Below are positions 1 through 12,799 of a stretch of 64,000 nucleotides of DNA, piece after piece; position 1 is the first letter of the stretch; the number at the start of each line of letters is the position of its first letter. A model generated the notes under the pieces. It was not told the origin of the DNA. It did not search any database and saw nothing but the letters and a program-made list of their open reading frames with translations. A program made the translations under genes and the position numbers. This DNA comes from Octopus sinensis (Eukaryota), in NCBI RefSeq assembly GCF_006345805.1, contig NC_043014.1, positions 48,112,001 through 48,176,000 of the forward strand, given 5' to 3'.

Positions 1-350
1 CTTCGGCATCTGAAACTCAGAGTTTTATCTTGACTACCGAGTAATGTAACATATTGTATAGATATATTATATATATATATATATATACCACCATGCTGAA
101 AATAGCAGTCAAAACTTGACTCTAAAGCCACATTAAATGTTCATATAGCACTAGGAGAAAAGACAGAGAAACAAAATAAAATAGCAAAAAAAGAATTTAC
201 TGGATAATTCCAAATCCTGGATTTCTGGCTTTGCATAAAAGATGCTCTGCCTTTGTCAGTGGAATTTTTTAATAATTATTACCCTTGAAAGGTTTTTATT
301 CCCATGCTGGCCACTTGATAAGATCGATACTTAAATATTGATCTTATCCT

Positions 351-2237
351 TATTTATATATATATGTATATATATGTGTGTATATATATATATGTGTGTA
401 TATATATATATGTGTGTATATATATATATATGTGTGTATATATATATATGTGTGTGTATATATATATGTGTGTGTATATATATATATATGTGTGTATATA
501 TATATATGTGTGTATATATATATGTGTGTATATATATGTGTGTATATATATGTGTATATATATGTGTGTATATGTGTATGTATATATATGTGTATGTATA
601 TATATGTGTATATATATGTATATATATATATGTGTATATATATGTATATATATATATATGTGTATATATGTATATATATATATATATGTGTATATATATG
701 TATATATATATGTGTGTGTATATATGTATATATATATGTGTGTATATATGTATATATATATGTGTGTATATATGTATATATATATGTGTGTATATATGTA
801 TATATATATGTGTGTATATATGTATATATATATGTGTATATATATGTGTATATATGTGTATGTATATATATGTGTATATATGTGTATGTATATATATGTG
901 TGTATATATATGTGTGTATATATGTGTGTGTATATATGTGTATATATGTGTATGTATATATATGTGTGTATATATATGTGTGTATATATGTGTGTATATA
1001 TATGTGTATATATATATATGTGTATATATATATGTGTATATATATATGTATATATATATGTGTATATATATATGTATATATATATATGTGTATATATGTA
1101 TATATATATATGTGTATATATGTATATATATATATGTGTATATATGTATATATATATGTGTATATATAATATATATGTATATATGTATATATATATATGT
1201 GTATATATGTATATATATATATGTGTGTATATATGTATATATATATGTGTGTATATATGTATTATATATGTGTGTATATATGTATATATATATATGTTGT
1301 ATATATGTATATATAATGTGTATATATGTATATATATGTGTGTATATATGTATATATATATATGCGTGTATATATGTATATATATATGCGTGTATATATG
1401 TATATATATATGTGTGTATATATGTATATATATATATGCGTGTATATATGTATATATATATGCGTGTATATATGTATATATATATGCGTATATATATGTA
1501 TATATATATGTGTGTATATATATGTATATATATATGTGTATATATATGTATATATATGTGTGTATATATATGTATATATATGTGTGTTATATATATATAT
1601 ATTGTGTATATATATGTATATATATGTGTGTATATATATGTATATATGTGTGTATTATATGTATATATATATATGTATATATATATATATGTGTATATAT
1701 ATGTATATATATATATGTGTATATATATGTATATATATATGTATATATATAATGTGTATATATATGTATATATATGTGTATATATATGTATATATATATA
1801 TTGTATATATGTATATATATATATGTGTATATATATGTAATATATATATATGTATATATATATAATGTGTATATATATGTATATATATGTATATATATAT
1901 GTGTTATATATATGTATATATATATATGTGTATATATATGTATATATATATATGTGTATATATATGTATATATATATATGTGTATATATATGTATATATA
2001 TATATGTGTATAATATGTATATATATATATATGTGTATATATATGTATATATATATATGTGTATATATATGTATATATATATGTGTATATATATGTATAT
2101 ATATATATATGTGTATATATATGTATATATATATATGTATAATATATGTATATATATATATGTGTATATATGTATATATATATAATGTGTATATATATGT
2201 ATATAATATATGTGTATATATATGTATATATATATAT
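351..2237. repeat. ~1.9-kb compound (TA)n/(TG)n microsatellite
   Basis: Almost pure alternating T-A/T-G; the source of the 331-2322 ORFs. Confidence 0.98.
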
Positions 2238-2492
2238 AAATTAAATTTGTGTTGACTGGGGTTTCATTTATTTTAGTATGCCAAATGGCATATTCAAGCA
2301 GATGAAACTCAGTCCCTGTCATTAAGAATTTTGCAATAAATTTGACTCTATCCTCTTTACTAAGTCATCCTATCAATAAATGTTCTCTTGTTGTTGTTCT
2401 TAAACTAGCTTTCAAATAACTCCACCACTTATTTTTCCTCAACAAGATGTTATAGAACTCGGACTCATTTCTTTCCCATTATTTCTCTACAG

Positions 2493-2568
2493 ATGCTACA
2501 GAATCCTACAGAGTTCAACTCAGCAGTCGTTGCTCTATTTTCTACCCAGAAGCAAGCAATTGCAGCAG
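2493..2568 (+). CDS. TBC1D23: TBC1 domain family member 23, internal exon (rhodanese-like region)
   Basis: ctacag acceptor, gtaatt donor. Translates MLQNPTEFNSAVVALFSTQKQAIAA(G), matching recalled TBC1D23 [26 protein letters not shown]. Phase 1 joins the next exon in frame. Confidence 0.9.
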
Positions 2569-2859
2569 GTAATTACTTGTTTATTATTATTATTATTGTT
2601 ATTATCATTAAGACAGTGTGCTGACAGAATTGACCGCATGCTTGGAAAAATGCCTAGTGGCATTTTATCTGTCTTTATGTTCCGAGTTCAAATCCCACTG
2701 AGGTTGACTCTGTCTTTTATCATTTCAGGGTCAATAAAATAAGTACCAGTGAAGTACCAGGGTCAATGTGATCGACTTACGTCTGCCCTTGAAATTGCTG
2801 GCCTTGTGTAAAAATTTGAAACCATTTTTGTTATTATGATTATTATGTAGGTAGGGGGG

Positions 2860-3525
2860 CTCTGAAAGGGGTCTCAGGGAGTAGTGTCCCTGCCTTCCTA
2901 AGCTTGTTTTCCACTACATTACTTTAAAAATCGTGGCAGAGGCCTTGGTCTTGGGACCACTCATATCTAGAAACTGAGGTTGGGGGTAAGCTGGGCATGC
3001 TCCCTGTAGAAAATCCAGCACCAAAAAAGCCTCATGATAGCAAGGGAGAATGGGCACCAGCCAGCCCAAAGGTTGGGGTGGGCTGCACCTGCCTACCTCG
3101 GTTGCTATGGCATTGAGGTAGATCTGACCACCCACATTAACAGGGACAAAATCCGGATTTAAAACACTGGATGATGATGATTCTGGTAGCAAGTTTATTG
3201 AAAGGTGGGTGAATGTCAGAAGAATGGCCAGTATGAACGGACCAATTCTGAGGATACACCTGTGAAAAATTAAAAAGAAATATAAAAGGAGAAAGGGGCT
3301 CGCTACCTGACTTTTGACCAGGCTCCCGTGGCTTTTATGGGTTTTTCCACGAGTAACTTTTCGAAGCGCCTCCCCCTATTGGGAGTTTTTAATTGTTTCT
3401 TATATTTCGTTGTTATCCTGCTTTTGTACACGGACTTTTTTCTGTAACTTTTATCCTGTGTTTTGTCCCTTTATGTTTTAATTGATTTTTGTTAGCCCTT
3501 GTGGCCAATAAACAAACGAACGAAT
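2860..3525 (+). mobile_element. Decayed LINE 3' end (Tx1/L1-like), tentative
   Basis: Stop-riddled coding-like sequence ending FIERWVNVRRMASMNGPILRIHL*, followed by a T-rich UTR, AATAAA and an (att)n tail. Confidence 0.3.
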
Positions 3526-3772
3526 TATTATTATTAAGGCAACAAACTGGCAGAACTGTTAACATACTGCACAAAATGCTTATCAGCATTTTGTTTGTCT
3601 TTAAATGTGACTATATGTGACATTACATCGCAGTACATATGATTATATGCAACACTTCCTCAGTACTTGTGGCTAAATGTAACCTTTTCTTAGTACTTGA
3701 GACTGTATGTAGCATTTCCACAGTCAACAAAATAATATTTGTGATGTGCCTCAATGATGTGTCTTTCTACAG

Positions 3773-3910
3773 GTTCTGTAGCTGGTGGTGAACATCTGTG
3801 CTTCATGGGAAGTGGAAGAGAAGAAGAAGACCAATATGTCCACATGGTTGTGGCAAATTTTTTACAGAAGGGTCACCAATATATTAGTGTTGCACGTGGA
3901 GGCTATGCAA
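3773..3910 (+). CDS. TBC1D23: TBC1D23 internal exon
   Basis: ctacag/gtaagt boundaries. GSVAGGEHLCFMGSGREEEDQYVHMVVANFLQKGHQYISVARGGYA is a hallmark TBC1D23 segment. Confidence 0.95.
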
Positions 3911-3944
3911 GTAAGTCTGACCATAGATCTCTTATCCCCTCTTT

Positions 3945-4830
3945 TGTCATTGTCCCCTCTTATATCATTGTCCCCTCTTACATCACTGTCCCCTCCTTAC
4001 ACTACTATCCTTTATTACAGCACTGTCCCTCCTTACAGCACTGTCCCCTCCTTACACCACTGTCCCCTCCTTACACCATTGTCCCCTCCTTACACCACTG
4101 TCTCCTCCTTGCACCATTATCCCTTCTTACATCACTGTCCCTTCCTTACACCATTGATCCCTCCTTACACCATTGTTCCCTCCTTAATCACTGTACCTTA
4201 CACTATTGTCCCCTCCTTAATCACTGTACCTTACACGACTGTCCCCTCTTTACATCACTGTCCCCTCCTTACACCATTATCTCCTCTTACATCACTGTCC
4301 CTTCCTTACACCATTGATCCCTCCTTACAACATTGTTCCCTCCTCAATCACTGTACCTTACACTATTGTCCCCTCCTTAATCACTGTACCTTACACGACT
4401 GTCCCCTCTTTACATCACTGTCCCCTCCTTACACCATTATCTCCTCTTACATCACTGTCCCTTTCTTACACCATTGATCCCTCCTTACACCATTGATCTC
4501 TCCTTACACCATTGATTCCTCCTTACACCATTGATCTCTCCTTACACCATTGATCCCTCCTTACACCATTGATCCCTCCTTAATCACTGTACTTTACACT
4601 ATTGTCCCTACCTTAATCACTGTACCTTACACCACTGTCCCCTCTTTACACCACTGTCCCCTCTTTACATCACTGTCCCCTCCTTACACCATTATCTCCT
4701 CTTACATCACTGTCCCTTCCTTACACCATTGTCCCCTCTTACACTCTTGTCTCCTCCTTACATCAACCTCTTACATCCCTGTTCCTTCTTGCCCCACTGT
4801 CCCCTCTTACACCACTTGTAACTCTCATTC
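3945..4830. repeat. C/T-rich minisatellite (~19-20-bp monomers) with a 160-bp higher-order period
   Basis: cactgtcccctccttacac-like units; block cttccttacaccattgatcc recurs at 4141, 4301 and 4461. Confidence 0.9.
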
Positions 4831-4962
4831 AGTTACCACATCCTTATATCAATGTTACCCTTCAGTGTGACCCCTAAATTATTGTCCACCTCTTTTAGGT
4901 GCCCCCATTCTTTACAGACACTGTTTATTTCACTGTTTGACTTCATCTCTCTTTCATCTTAG

Positions 4963-5221
4963 ATTTACATGAAGCACTACGAGGGAATTTATCTCAAGGA
5001 CTCACTGACCACAACCCTAAAAACTGTATTGTCTGCAACCCCGACATGGTGAGCAGTGCCAGTGACCTGGAGAACGGAGATGATTTTGCTTTACCTTCTC
5101 TTGGCCGGGTCAGCAAGGACTCTTTGCTCGGCAAATTGTCAAATGTTGTGAAATGCAAGTCTGCTGAAATGAAAGAGAAACTATCAAATTATATAAAGAA
5201 TGAGCAGGCGATACCAGAGAG
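4963..5221 (+). CDS. TBC1D23: TBC1D23 internal exon
   Basis: cttag/gtatgg boundaries. LHEALRGNLSQGLTDHNPKNCIVC...LLGKLSNVVKCKSAEMKEKLSNYIKNEQAIPE(R), in frame with both neighbours. Confidence 0.9.
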
Positions 5222-6284
5222 GTATGGGCTTCCCCTTCGGTATTCGTGTGTGTGTGTATGTATGTAGTGGGTGTGCATGTATGTATGAGCTCTGTGCGTG
5301 TGTATGTATGTGCTGTGTGTGCGTATATGTGCTGTGTGTGCATATGTATGTGCTGTGTGTGTGTGTATGTGCTGTGTGTGCATATATGTATGTACTGTGG
5401 GCATATGTGTGTGTGTACTGTGTATATATTTTATGTGCACGCTGTGTGTTTGTGTGTGTATGTGTGCACTGTGTGTGTTCTTGTGCATGTGTGTGTTTGT
5501 GTGTGTGTGTGTTTGTGGATGTGTGCGTTTGGTGATGTGTGTGTGTGTGCTTGTGGATGTGTGCGTTTGGTAATGTGTGTGTGCTTGTGGATGTGTGTTT
5601 GTTGATGTGTGTGTGTGTGGATGTTTGTGGATGTGTGTGTATACAGTCAGAACTGGTCTCTAGGAAATTTACCAGTCTATAGAGATCTTACCAGCATGCA
5701 GAGTAAGACTGATAGACTGGTACAGTGATAGATTGGCACAATGAGTTGAGTGGCACAGCAAAGGGAGCAGTACAGAGAAAAGAGTGGCACAGTAAAGAGA
5801 ATGACACAGTGAGCAGAGTAGAACAATGAGGAGAGCGATATGGTGAGGAGAGTGGCACAATAAAGAGAGTAACACCACAGGAAGAGTGGAACGGCAAGGA
5901 GAGTGGATCACAAAACACTCTGTGTTGTTATGTTACATCACTTTTTTTATTCCAAGTTCAAATCCTACATAAGTCATCCCTGCCTGTCAATCATTCCAGA
6001 GCCAGTAAAAATAATCTGCTGCCACCTGTTTAAATATTAGAGTCGATGTCTTTCAAAACATGTCACATTGTGTCAGTATGATAAATCATTAGTGTGCCAT
6101 TGTTGTTGACGATGTTAATGATGATGATGATGATATTGATGATAATGGTGATGTTGATGATGATTGTCATGATGTTGTGCTGATGATGATAATGATGGTG
6201 TGTGATGATGGTGATTGTCATGATGAGTGGGGGTGATGATGGTGATGTTGATCAAGTCTTTCCATTTTTTTTCTCACTCCATAG

Positions 6285-6364
6285 GCATGTCAGCAGTACA
6301 GACAGATTGGGCAAACGTTACAGGAATATGGCATCAGTCTTTACGATAGGAGATGACGAAGAAG
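6285..6364 (+). CDS. TBC1D23: TBC1D23 internal exon
   Basis: ccatag/gtgagt boundaries. (R)HVSSTDRLGKRYRNMASVFTIGDDEE matches the recalled [27 protein letters not shown] motif. Confidence 0.93.
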
Positions 6365-6521
6365 GTGAGTATGTTCTTTCATCTTGTAGCATATAGCTTC
6401 CCAGTGTACCTGTATTATTACGACATCGCCACACCTGTGATATTACAACATCACCAGACCTATGATATTACAGTGTCGCCAAACTTATAAAATGCTGCCA
6501 CCCCTATCGTATATCTATGAG

Positions 6522-6903
6522 AAGAGGCGCAATGGCCCAGTGGTTAGGGCAGCAGACTCGCGGTCGTAGGATCGCGGTTTCGATTCCCAGACCGGGCGTT
6601 GTGGGTGTTTATTGAGAGTAAACACCTAAAGCTCCACGAGGCTCCGGCAGGGGGTGGTGGTGATCCCTGCTGTACTCTTTCACCACAACTTTCTCTCACT
6701 CTTACTTCCTGTTTCTGTTGTACCTGTATTTCAAAGGGCCGGCCTTGTCACTCTCTGTGTCACGCTGAATATCCCCGAGAACTATGTTAAGGGTACACGT
6801 GTCTGTGGAGTGCTCAGCCACTTACACGTTAATTTCACGAGCAGGCTGTTCCGTTGATTGGATCAACTGGAACCCTCGTCGTCATAACCGACGGAGTGCT
6901 TCC
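6522..6903 (+). mobile_element. tRNA-derived SINE, family D1
   Basis: A-box TGGCCCAGTGG and B-box GGTTTCGATTCC; 11-bp TSD atatctatgag. A second copy lies at 13363-13745 (-). Confidence 0.85.
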
Positions 6904-7805
6904 ATATCTATGAGCATGGCCCAGTGTTTAGGATGTAGTTCTCATGATGATTAGGCTGTAGTAACAACTCCTAGGGTCTAGCAACACATTGTGCTCTTGA
7001 GCAAAGCACTTCATTCCACATTGCTTCACTTTACTCAACTGAAAATAAGTACAGTGGCAGCTGGAGGTTAACCGTGCAACAGGCAGGGGCTAGTTTTGTC
7101 CCTTAAATTACTTCAGAAACCAAGGTGACCTCTGGTTACTTTAAACTCAAGACAGACACTTACCACCACATCGGTGATATAAACAGTTTTCTGTTTATGC
7201 TATCATTGTTTCAAGATGCAGCACGGAATTTTGTCAGTGAACAGGTCGCGGTCTCAAAGCGATGAAAATACTTTGACAAATTAAATTTAAATGTTGAAGT
7301 GAATCTAACGGTTTTTGTGTGTATCATCTTAAATGGCTTATAAACACCTTCCATGCTGCAATTGTTTTCATTCCAGCACACGATCTAAGATCAGGTCACT
7401 TGCTCTGCAAGTACATCTCTGTAAGCTGTGGAATGTTTTCCACTAAATATCTTTGTATCATTTTATTTATTACCATTATGAAATAGCAGAATATGTTGGT
7501 TTGTGTTTTTGGACATACCACTAAATTGTATAATATCACTTTATCGTGTGATATATTGTACATCATCTTAATGTATTGTATGTCACACACATCTATATTG
7601 TATATACTGTACAGTATTATTGTATCACAAGACTATAGTATGATATTTATTGCTATTTCATATATATATATATATATACCTGTAAATCCATGCCACCATT
7701 TCTTCAGTTATCCAGCCATCGGAAAAATGCTATGAAAAATGACCGTTATACAAAGGGAATTTCCCTTTGTATAACGGTCATTTTTCATAGCATTTTCCGA
7801 TGGCC

Positions 7806-7868
7806 GGATAACTGAAGAGATGGTGGTATGAATTTCCACCTCGGCATCCGAAACTCAAGAGTTTTATC
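7806..7868 (+). ncRNA. Type-I hammerhead ribozyme-like motif with intact core
   Basis: gataa stem I, CTGAAGA (7812-7818), stem II gatg..catc with an internal hairpin, GAAA (7850-7853), stem III ctc-aa-gag, GTT triplet, then ttatc stem I. Folded by eye. Confidence 0.7.
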
Positions 7869-9784
7869 ATGGCTACCAAATAATTGTCACATATTACATT
7901 TACAGATAAATTCCTCTATTTACATAATATCGAGGTTTCTTTCTTTCTTTCAGAGATACAATATCTCTGTATTTTATTGTCTTTATGATATCACTCTGTG
8001 ATATTACACTACACGGTATATTATTTGTATTACTATGACACCTTCATATTGAAATATCTATCATCAACACATGTATTACATCATACCATATATCACACCA
8101 CTTCACCACCACCACCATCACCATCATCAAAGCTGTAATTACACCACCATTGTATATGTGAGACAGTAGACCTGTGAAGTTGTGTGGCCTCATGGGTAAG
8201 GCTTTGGGCTTTTTGATCGCAATGTCATAGGTTCAATTTCTGGACCAGGAAGTATGTGGTGCTACTTAAGTATGCAGTCTATCACAATATGTATAGTCAG
8301 TGTTGTCTAATGATCTGACCTGGGTTAGGATTAAGGTTAACATTTAGGGTTAGTGGTTATGGTTAAGTTAGGATTTGGGGTTGTGGTTAGTTAGACTGCA
8401 CACTAAAGTATAATTAGCCAGGTACACTGCATGCTAAGGTGTAAATGGCCAGGTAGACTGCATGCTAAAGTGGCACCAAGTAGGTTATGTCCTGGAGCAA
8501 GGCACCTCGTTTCATGTTGCCCCAGTCTATCCTGCTGACATAAGTACCAGCTGGATGCTGGTGTAGCTCTCTCTCTCTCTCTCTCCCTCCAGCTGTTACA
8601 TCCACACTGTTCTGATAGGTTGAGGATGTGAGGGTGAGAGGATACCTATGCCTGCTCACAACTTCACAGGCCCCTAAAATAGCTAGCCTTAGCTTGATAC
8701 AAACTACTGACAACTATGGTTGGTTTATATCTGGGTTTCAGTCCTAGTTGTTCACCGTGTCTAGCTACCACCATACTATGTACCTATTTCTTTACTACCC
8801 ACAAGGGGCTAAACACAGAGGGGACAAACAAGGACTGACAAACGGATTAAGTCGATTACATCAACCCAACTGCGTAACTGGTACTTAATTTATCGACCTC
8901 GAAAGGATGAAAGGCAAAGTTGACCTCGGCGGAATTTGAACTCAGAACGTAGCAACAGACGAAATACCGCTAATCATTTTGCCCGGCATGCTAACGTTTC
9001 TGCCAGCTCGCCGCCTTAATATGTACCATACAGGGGTCTACACTATAGCCCCTACTAAGTTGAGGAGATATATATATATATGTCTCAGCTCTAGATGTTC
9101 TGCATTTCTATCAAACCAAGAAGGAAAACTTCAATGCTTTTGTTGATCTGCTGGAAATAACAGCCAAATTTCATTCAAACCACTCCTGTCTTAACAAAGG
9201 ATATATTAACTGGGGTAGTCTGAAGTAGACTGCATTAAAAATTTTTAAAAAGACAGGATGGTTACATGTGGAATAGCATTTAGCATGTGTCTAAATAACA
9301 ACAACAACCATTTATGGACACAACAAAAAGGCGGCGAGCTGGCAGAAACGTTAGCATGGCGGGCGAAATGCTTAGCGGTATTTCATCTGCCGTTACGTTC
9401 TGAGTTCAAATTCCGCCGAGGTCGACTTTGCCTTTCATCCTTTCGGGGTCGATAAATTAAGTACCAGTTACGCACTGGGGTCGATGTAATCGATTTAATC
9501 CCTTTGTCTGTTCTTGTTTGTCCCTCTGTGTTTGGCCCCTTGTGGGCAGTAAAGAAATAGAAATCTACTTTATCGAGGTTGACCTTCAGCCTCACAATCA
9601 TCATCATCACTACCACCTTTGCCATCACCACCATCACCATCACTGCCTCTATTATCACCACACAACCATCTGTCTCCACTATTACCACTACCATCGTCGT
9701 CATCATCACCACCATCATCCCCATGCTGACCACCACTACCACTACTACTACTACTAATTTCGTGTGTCTCTCTCTTTCTTCCAG

Positions 9785-9905
9785 AAGATAGCAGTGATGA
9801 GGATCAGAAGGAAGTGGTTAATGTGGACACGTGGTTACACAAAGCTGACATCAATTATTCGTGTTTGTGTAAGGAGGTGCAAGACAATGGTTACATGTAC
9901 CCCAG
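9785..9905 (+). CDS. TBC1D23: TBC1D23 penultimate exon (start of C-terminal PH-like domain)
   Basis: ttccag acceptor, weak gttctg donor. DSSDEDQKEVVNVDTWLHKADINYSCLCKEVQDNGYMYP(S); phase 2 joins 14787 in frame. Confidence 0.9.
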
Positions 9906-10622
9906 GTTCTGTGCACTTGCTTTATTCACTCCACCCTTTCAAACAACCATTAGCTTCCTGCCTTGCAGACAGAACAGGCACATTGTTGTTGATGTTGTCG
10001 CTATTGTCGTTGTTGTTGTTGTTGCTATTGTTCTTGTCATTGTTGTTGTTGCTGCTGTTGTTGTTGTCTCGTAGATTTCAGATGTTTTGGGTTTAACCCT
10101 TTAGTATTTAAACCGGCCATAACCGGCCAAAATATTTAATCTGTTTTGGCCCCGTGCCGGTGGCACGTAAAAAGCACCATCGGTCCGTGGCCGTTTGCCA
10201 ACTCCGTCTGGCACCTGTGCGGGTGGCACGTAAAAAGCACCCACTACACTCACGGGGTGGTTGGCGTTAGGAAGGGCATCCCGCCGTAGAAACACTGCCA
10301 GATCAGACTGGGCCTGATGCAGCCTTCTGGCTTCACAGACCCCAGTTGAACCGTCCAACCCATGCTAGCATGGAAAGCAGACGCTAAATGATGATGATGA
10401 TGATGTTCAAACTGACCAAATCCAGGCTCTCACGCCTACCCTACAATGTCATTCTACATTAAGTAATTACACCATCAAGATCATGAAGATATGAGATAAT
10501 GCATGATTAATTCAAATCAATGGGAATCAATAAGCATTATGTTTGATAGAATAAACTGAACGCTAAAGGGTTAAGGAAGATCTGCTAAATGAGTAGTATG
10601 GTGCAGGGTGGTGTAACATGTG

Positions 10623-10840
10623 AAGGCACATGGCTTAGGGGTTAGGATAGTCAGCTCATGACATTAAGGTTGTGAGTTCAATTCCAGGTGGGGCATTGTC
10701 TCCTTGAGCAAGACTCTTTATTTCATGTTGCTCCAGTCCACTCAGTTGGCAAAAATGAGTAGTACCTGTATTTCAAAGGGTCAGCCTTGTCACATTCTGT
10801 GTCATGCTGAATCTCCCTGAGAACTATGTTAAGGATATAT
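10623..10840 (+). mobile_element. CORE-like SINE head joined to the D1-type tail
   Basis: tRNA-like head, ccttgagcaagac motif, then gtacctgtatttcaaaggg...gagaactatgttaagg shared with D1. Confidence 0.65.
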
Positions 10841-11044
10841 GGAGAGCTGGCAGAAATGTTAGCGGTATTTTATCTGCCGTTACGTTCTGAGTTCAAATTC
10901 CGCCGAAGTCGACTTTGCCTTTCATCCTTTCGGGGTCGATAAATTAAGTACCAGTTACGCACTGGGGTCGATGTACTGTGTTAAATAGGTATTATGAGCA
11001 GATAATTTTTCTCACTGTACTGAGTCACCTTGTTAATAGATACC

Positions 11045-11276
11045 TATTTCTTTACTTCCCACAAGGGGCTAAACACAGAGGGGACAAACAAGGACAGACA
11101 AAGGGATTAAGTCGATTACATTGACCCCAGTGCGTAACTGGTACTTAATTTATCGACCCCGAAAGGATGAAAGGCAAAGTCAACTTTGGCGGAATTTGAA
11201 CTCAGAACGTAGCGACAGACGAAATATGGCTACGCATTTCGCCTGGCGTGCTAACATTTCTGCCAACTCGCCGCCT
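11045..11276 (-). mobile_element. SINE family A (~230 bp, MetaSINE-like core)
   Basis: aaggcggcgagctggcagaa...gtcgactttgcctttcatcctttcggggtcgataaattaagtaccag; 15-bp TSD. Other copies at about 8785-9018, 9327-9560, 15534-15763, 22308-22525, 36770-36955, 46218-46443, 52447-52674, 53203-53425, 56875-57091 and 59497-59700. Confidence 0.85.
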
Positions 11277-11329
11277 TTGTTAATAGATACCATGAGGAAG
11301 TAGTATTTGGTACTGTACATAGGACACCT

Positions 11330-12210
11330 TGTTGTTAATACATGCTACAGGGAGTTAATATATGTTGCTGTACATTGTTATTTGGTTGTAAATAGGTATC
11401 ATGAGGAGGTAGTATTTGTCACTGTACATTGTCACTTTGTCTTAAATAGGTACCATGGGGAGGTAGTATTTATCACTGCACACAGTCACCTTGTTAGTAT
11501 GTACCAGGGGGAAGTAACATTTGTCACTGTACATTGTCACTTTGTCTTAAATAGGTACCATGGGGAGCTAGTATTTGTCACTGTACATTGTCACTTTGTC
11601 TTAAATAGGTACCATGGGGAGCTAGTATTTGTCACTGTACATAGTCACTTTGTCTTAAATAGGTACCATGGGGAGCTAGTATTTGTCACTGTACATTGCC
11701 ACTTTGTCTTAAATAGGTACCATGGGGAGCTAGTATTTGTCACTGTACATAGTCACTTTGTCTTCAATAGGTACCATGGGGAGCTAGTATTTGTCACTGT
11801 ACATAGTCACTTTGTCTTAAATAAGTACCATGGGGAGCTAGTATTTGTCACTGTACATTGTCACTTTGTCTTAAATAGGTACCATGGGGAGCTAGTATTT
11901 GTCACTGTACATAGTCACTTTGTCTTAAATAGGTACCATGGGGAGCTAGTATTTGTCACTGTACATAGTCACTTTGTCTTAAATAGGTACCATGGGGAGC
12001 TAGTATTTGTCACTGTACATAGTCACTTTGTCTTAAATAGGTACTATGGGGAGCTAGTATTTGTCACTGTACATAGTCACTTTGTCTTAAATAGGTACCA
12101 TGGGGAGCTAGTATTTGTCACTGTACATAGTCACTTTGTCTTAAATAGGTACCATGGGGAGGTAGTATTAGTCACTGTGCATAGTCACTTTGTTGTAAAT
12201 AAGTATGGTT
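11330..12210. repeat. 54-bp minisatellite, ~16 units, homogeneous centre
   Basis: gtaccatggggagctagtatttgtcactgtacatagtcactttgtcttaaatag repeated. Confidence 0.95.
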
Positions 12211-12799
12211 CACTTATGTATGACACAAAGACATCAGTGCTGCAATGTTCATACCTTACTAATAGCAAGTAAGTTACTGGGGGTATCTCCCCTACGATTT
12301 GACCCTCTATCCTTCCTCACCACTTTACTGCTGTCACTTAGACCAACTATAGTCTAAGCTTGTTCTCCTCTCTTGTAGATATACTATAGTATAGTAAAGC
12401 CAATCGACCAAGCATAGATATACATATTGCTTCCGTAGCATCTGTCTGTTAGTCTTATTGCCCTTGATCTAGTCGACCTCAGTTGACCTCAACTTCCCCT
12501 CAGTCAGTTCCAGCTAGTAAATGCTTTAGAACACTGCATGAAAGCAACATTTTCTTACTTTGTTTCTTTGAAGAATATGTACATGTGTGTCAATAGACAT
12601 GTATGTTTGTGTGTGTGGATATGAATGTTATGTGTATGAATAGATATGTTCGTAGATGTGGGCGTGCACGTATGTGTGTGTGTGTGTGTGTGTGTATACA
12701 TTATATATATATATGTGTTCTTCAGTTTTAGTTGTTTTTTTAGTTTTGAGATGCATTTTCTCTGTAAGGATTTTCTGTGTCCCTTTTGATCTTGAGTTG

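Noticed and set aside
331-2322. 663-aa and overlapping I/Y/H/T/C/V ORFs
   Set aside because: Translations of a TA/TG microsatellite that lacks stop codons by composition.
3754-4870. Pro/Leu/His-rich ORFs extending the TBC1D23 exon
   Set aside because: Read-through past the gtaagt donor at 3911 into a minisatellite.
6525-6600. Stand-alone tRNA genes at SINE heads (also 13680-13745, 21620-21700, 35448-35520)
   Set aside because: They have A/B boxes but no closed cloverleaf, and they continue into repeated SINE bodies with TSDs.
7190-7460. Possible mariner-like fragment
   Set aside because: No diagnostic transposase motif or TIR could be identified.
11307-12272. 321-aa His-rich repeat protein
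   Set aside because: An intronic 54-bp minisatellite with a TTG start and no unique domain; kept only as a repeat.
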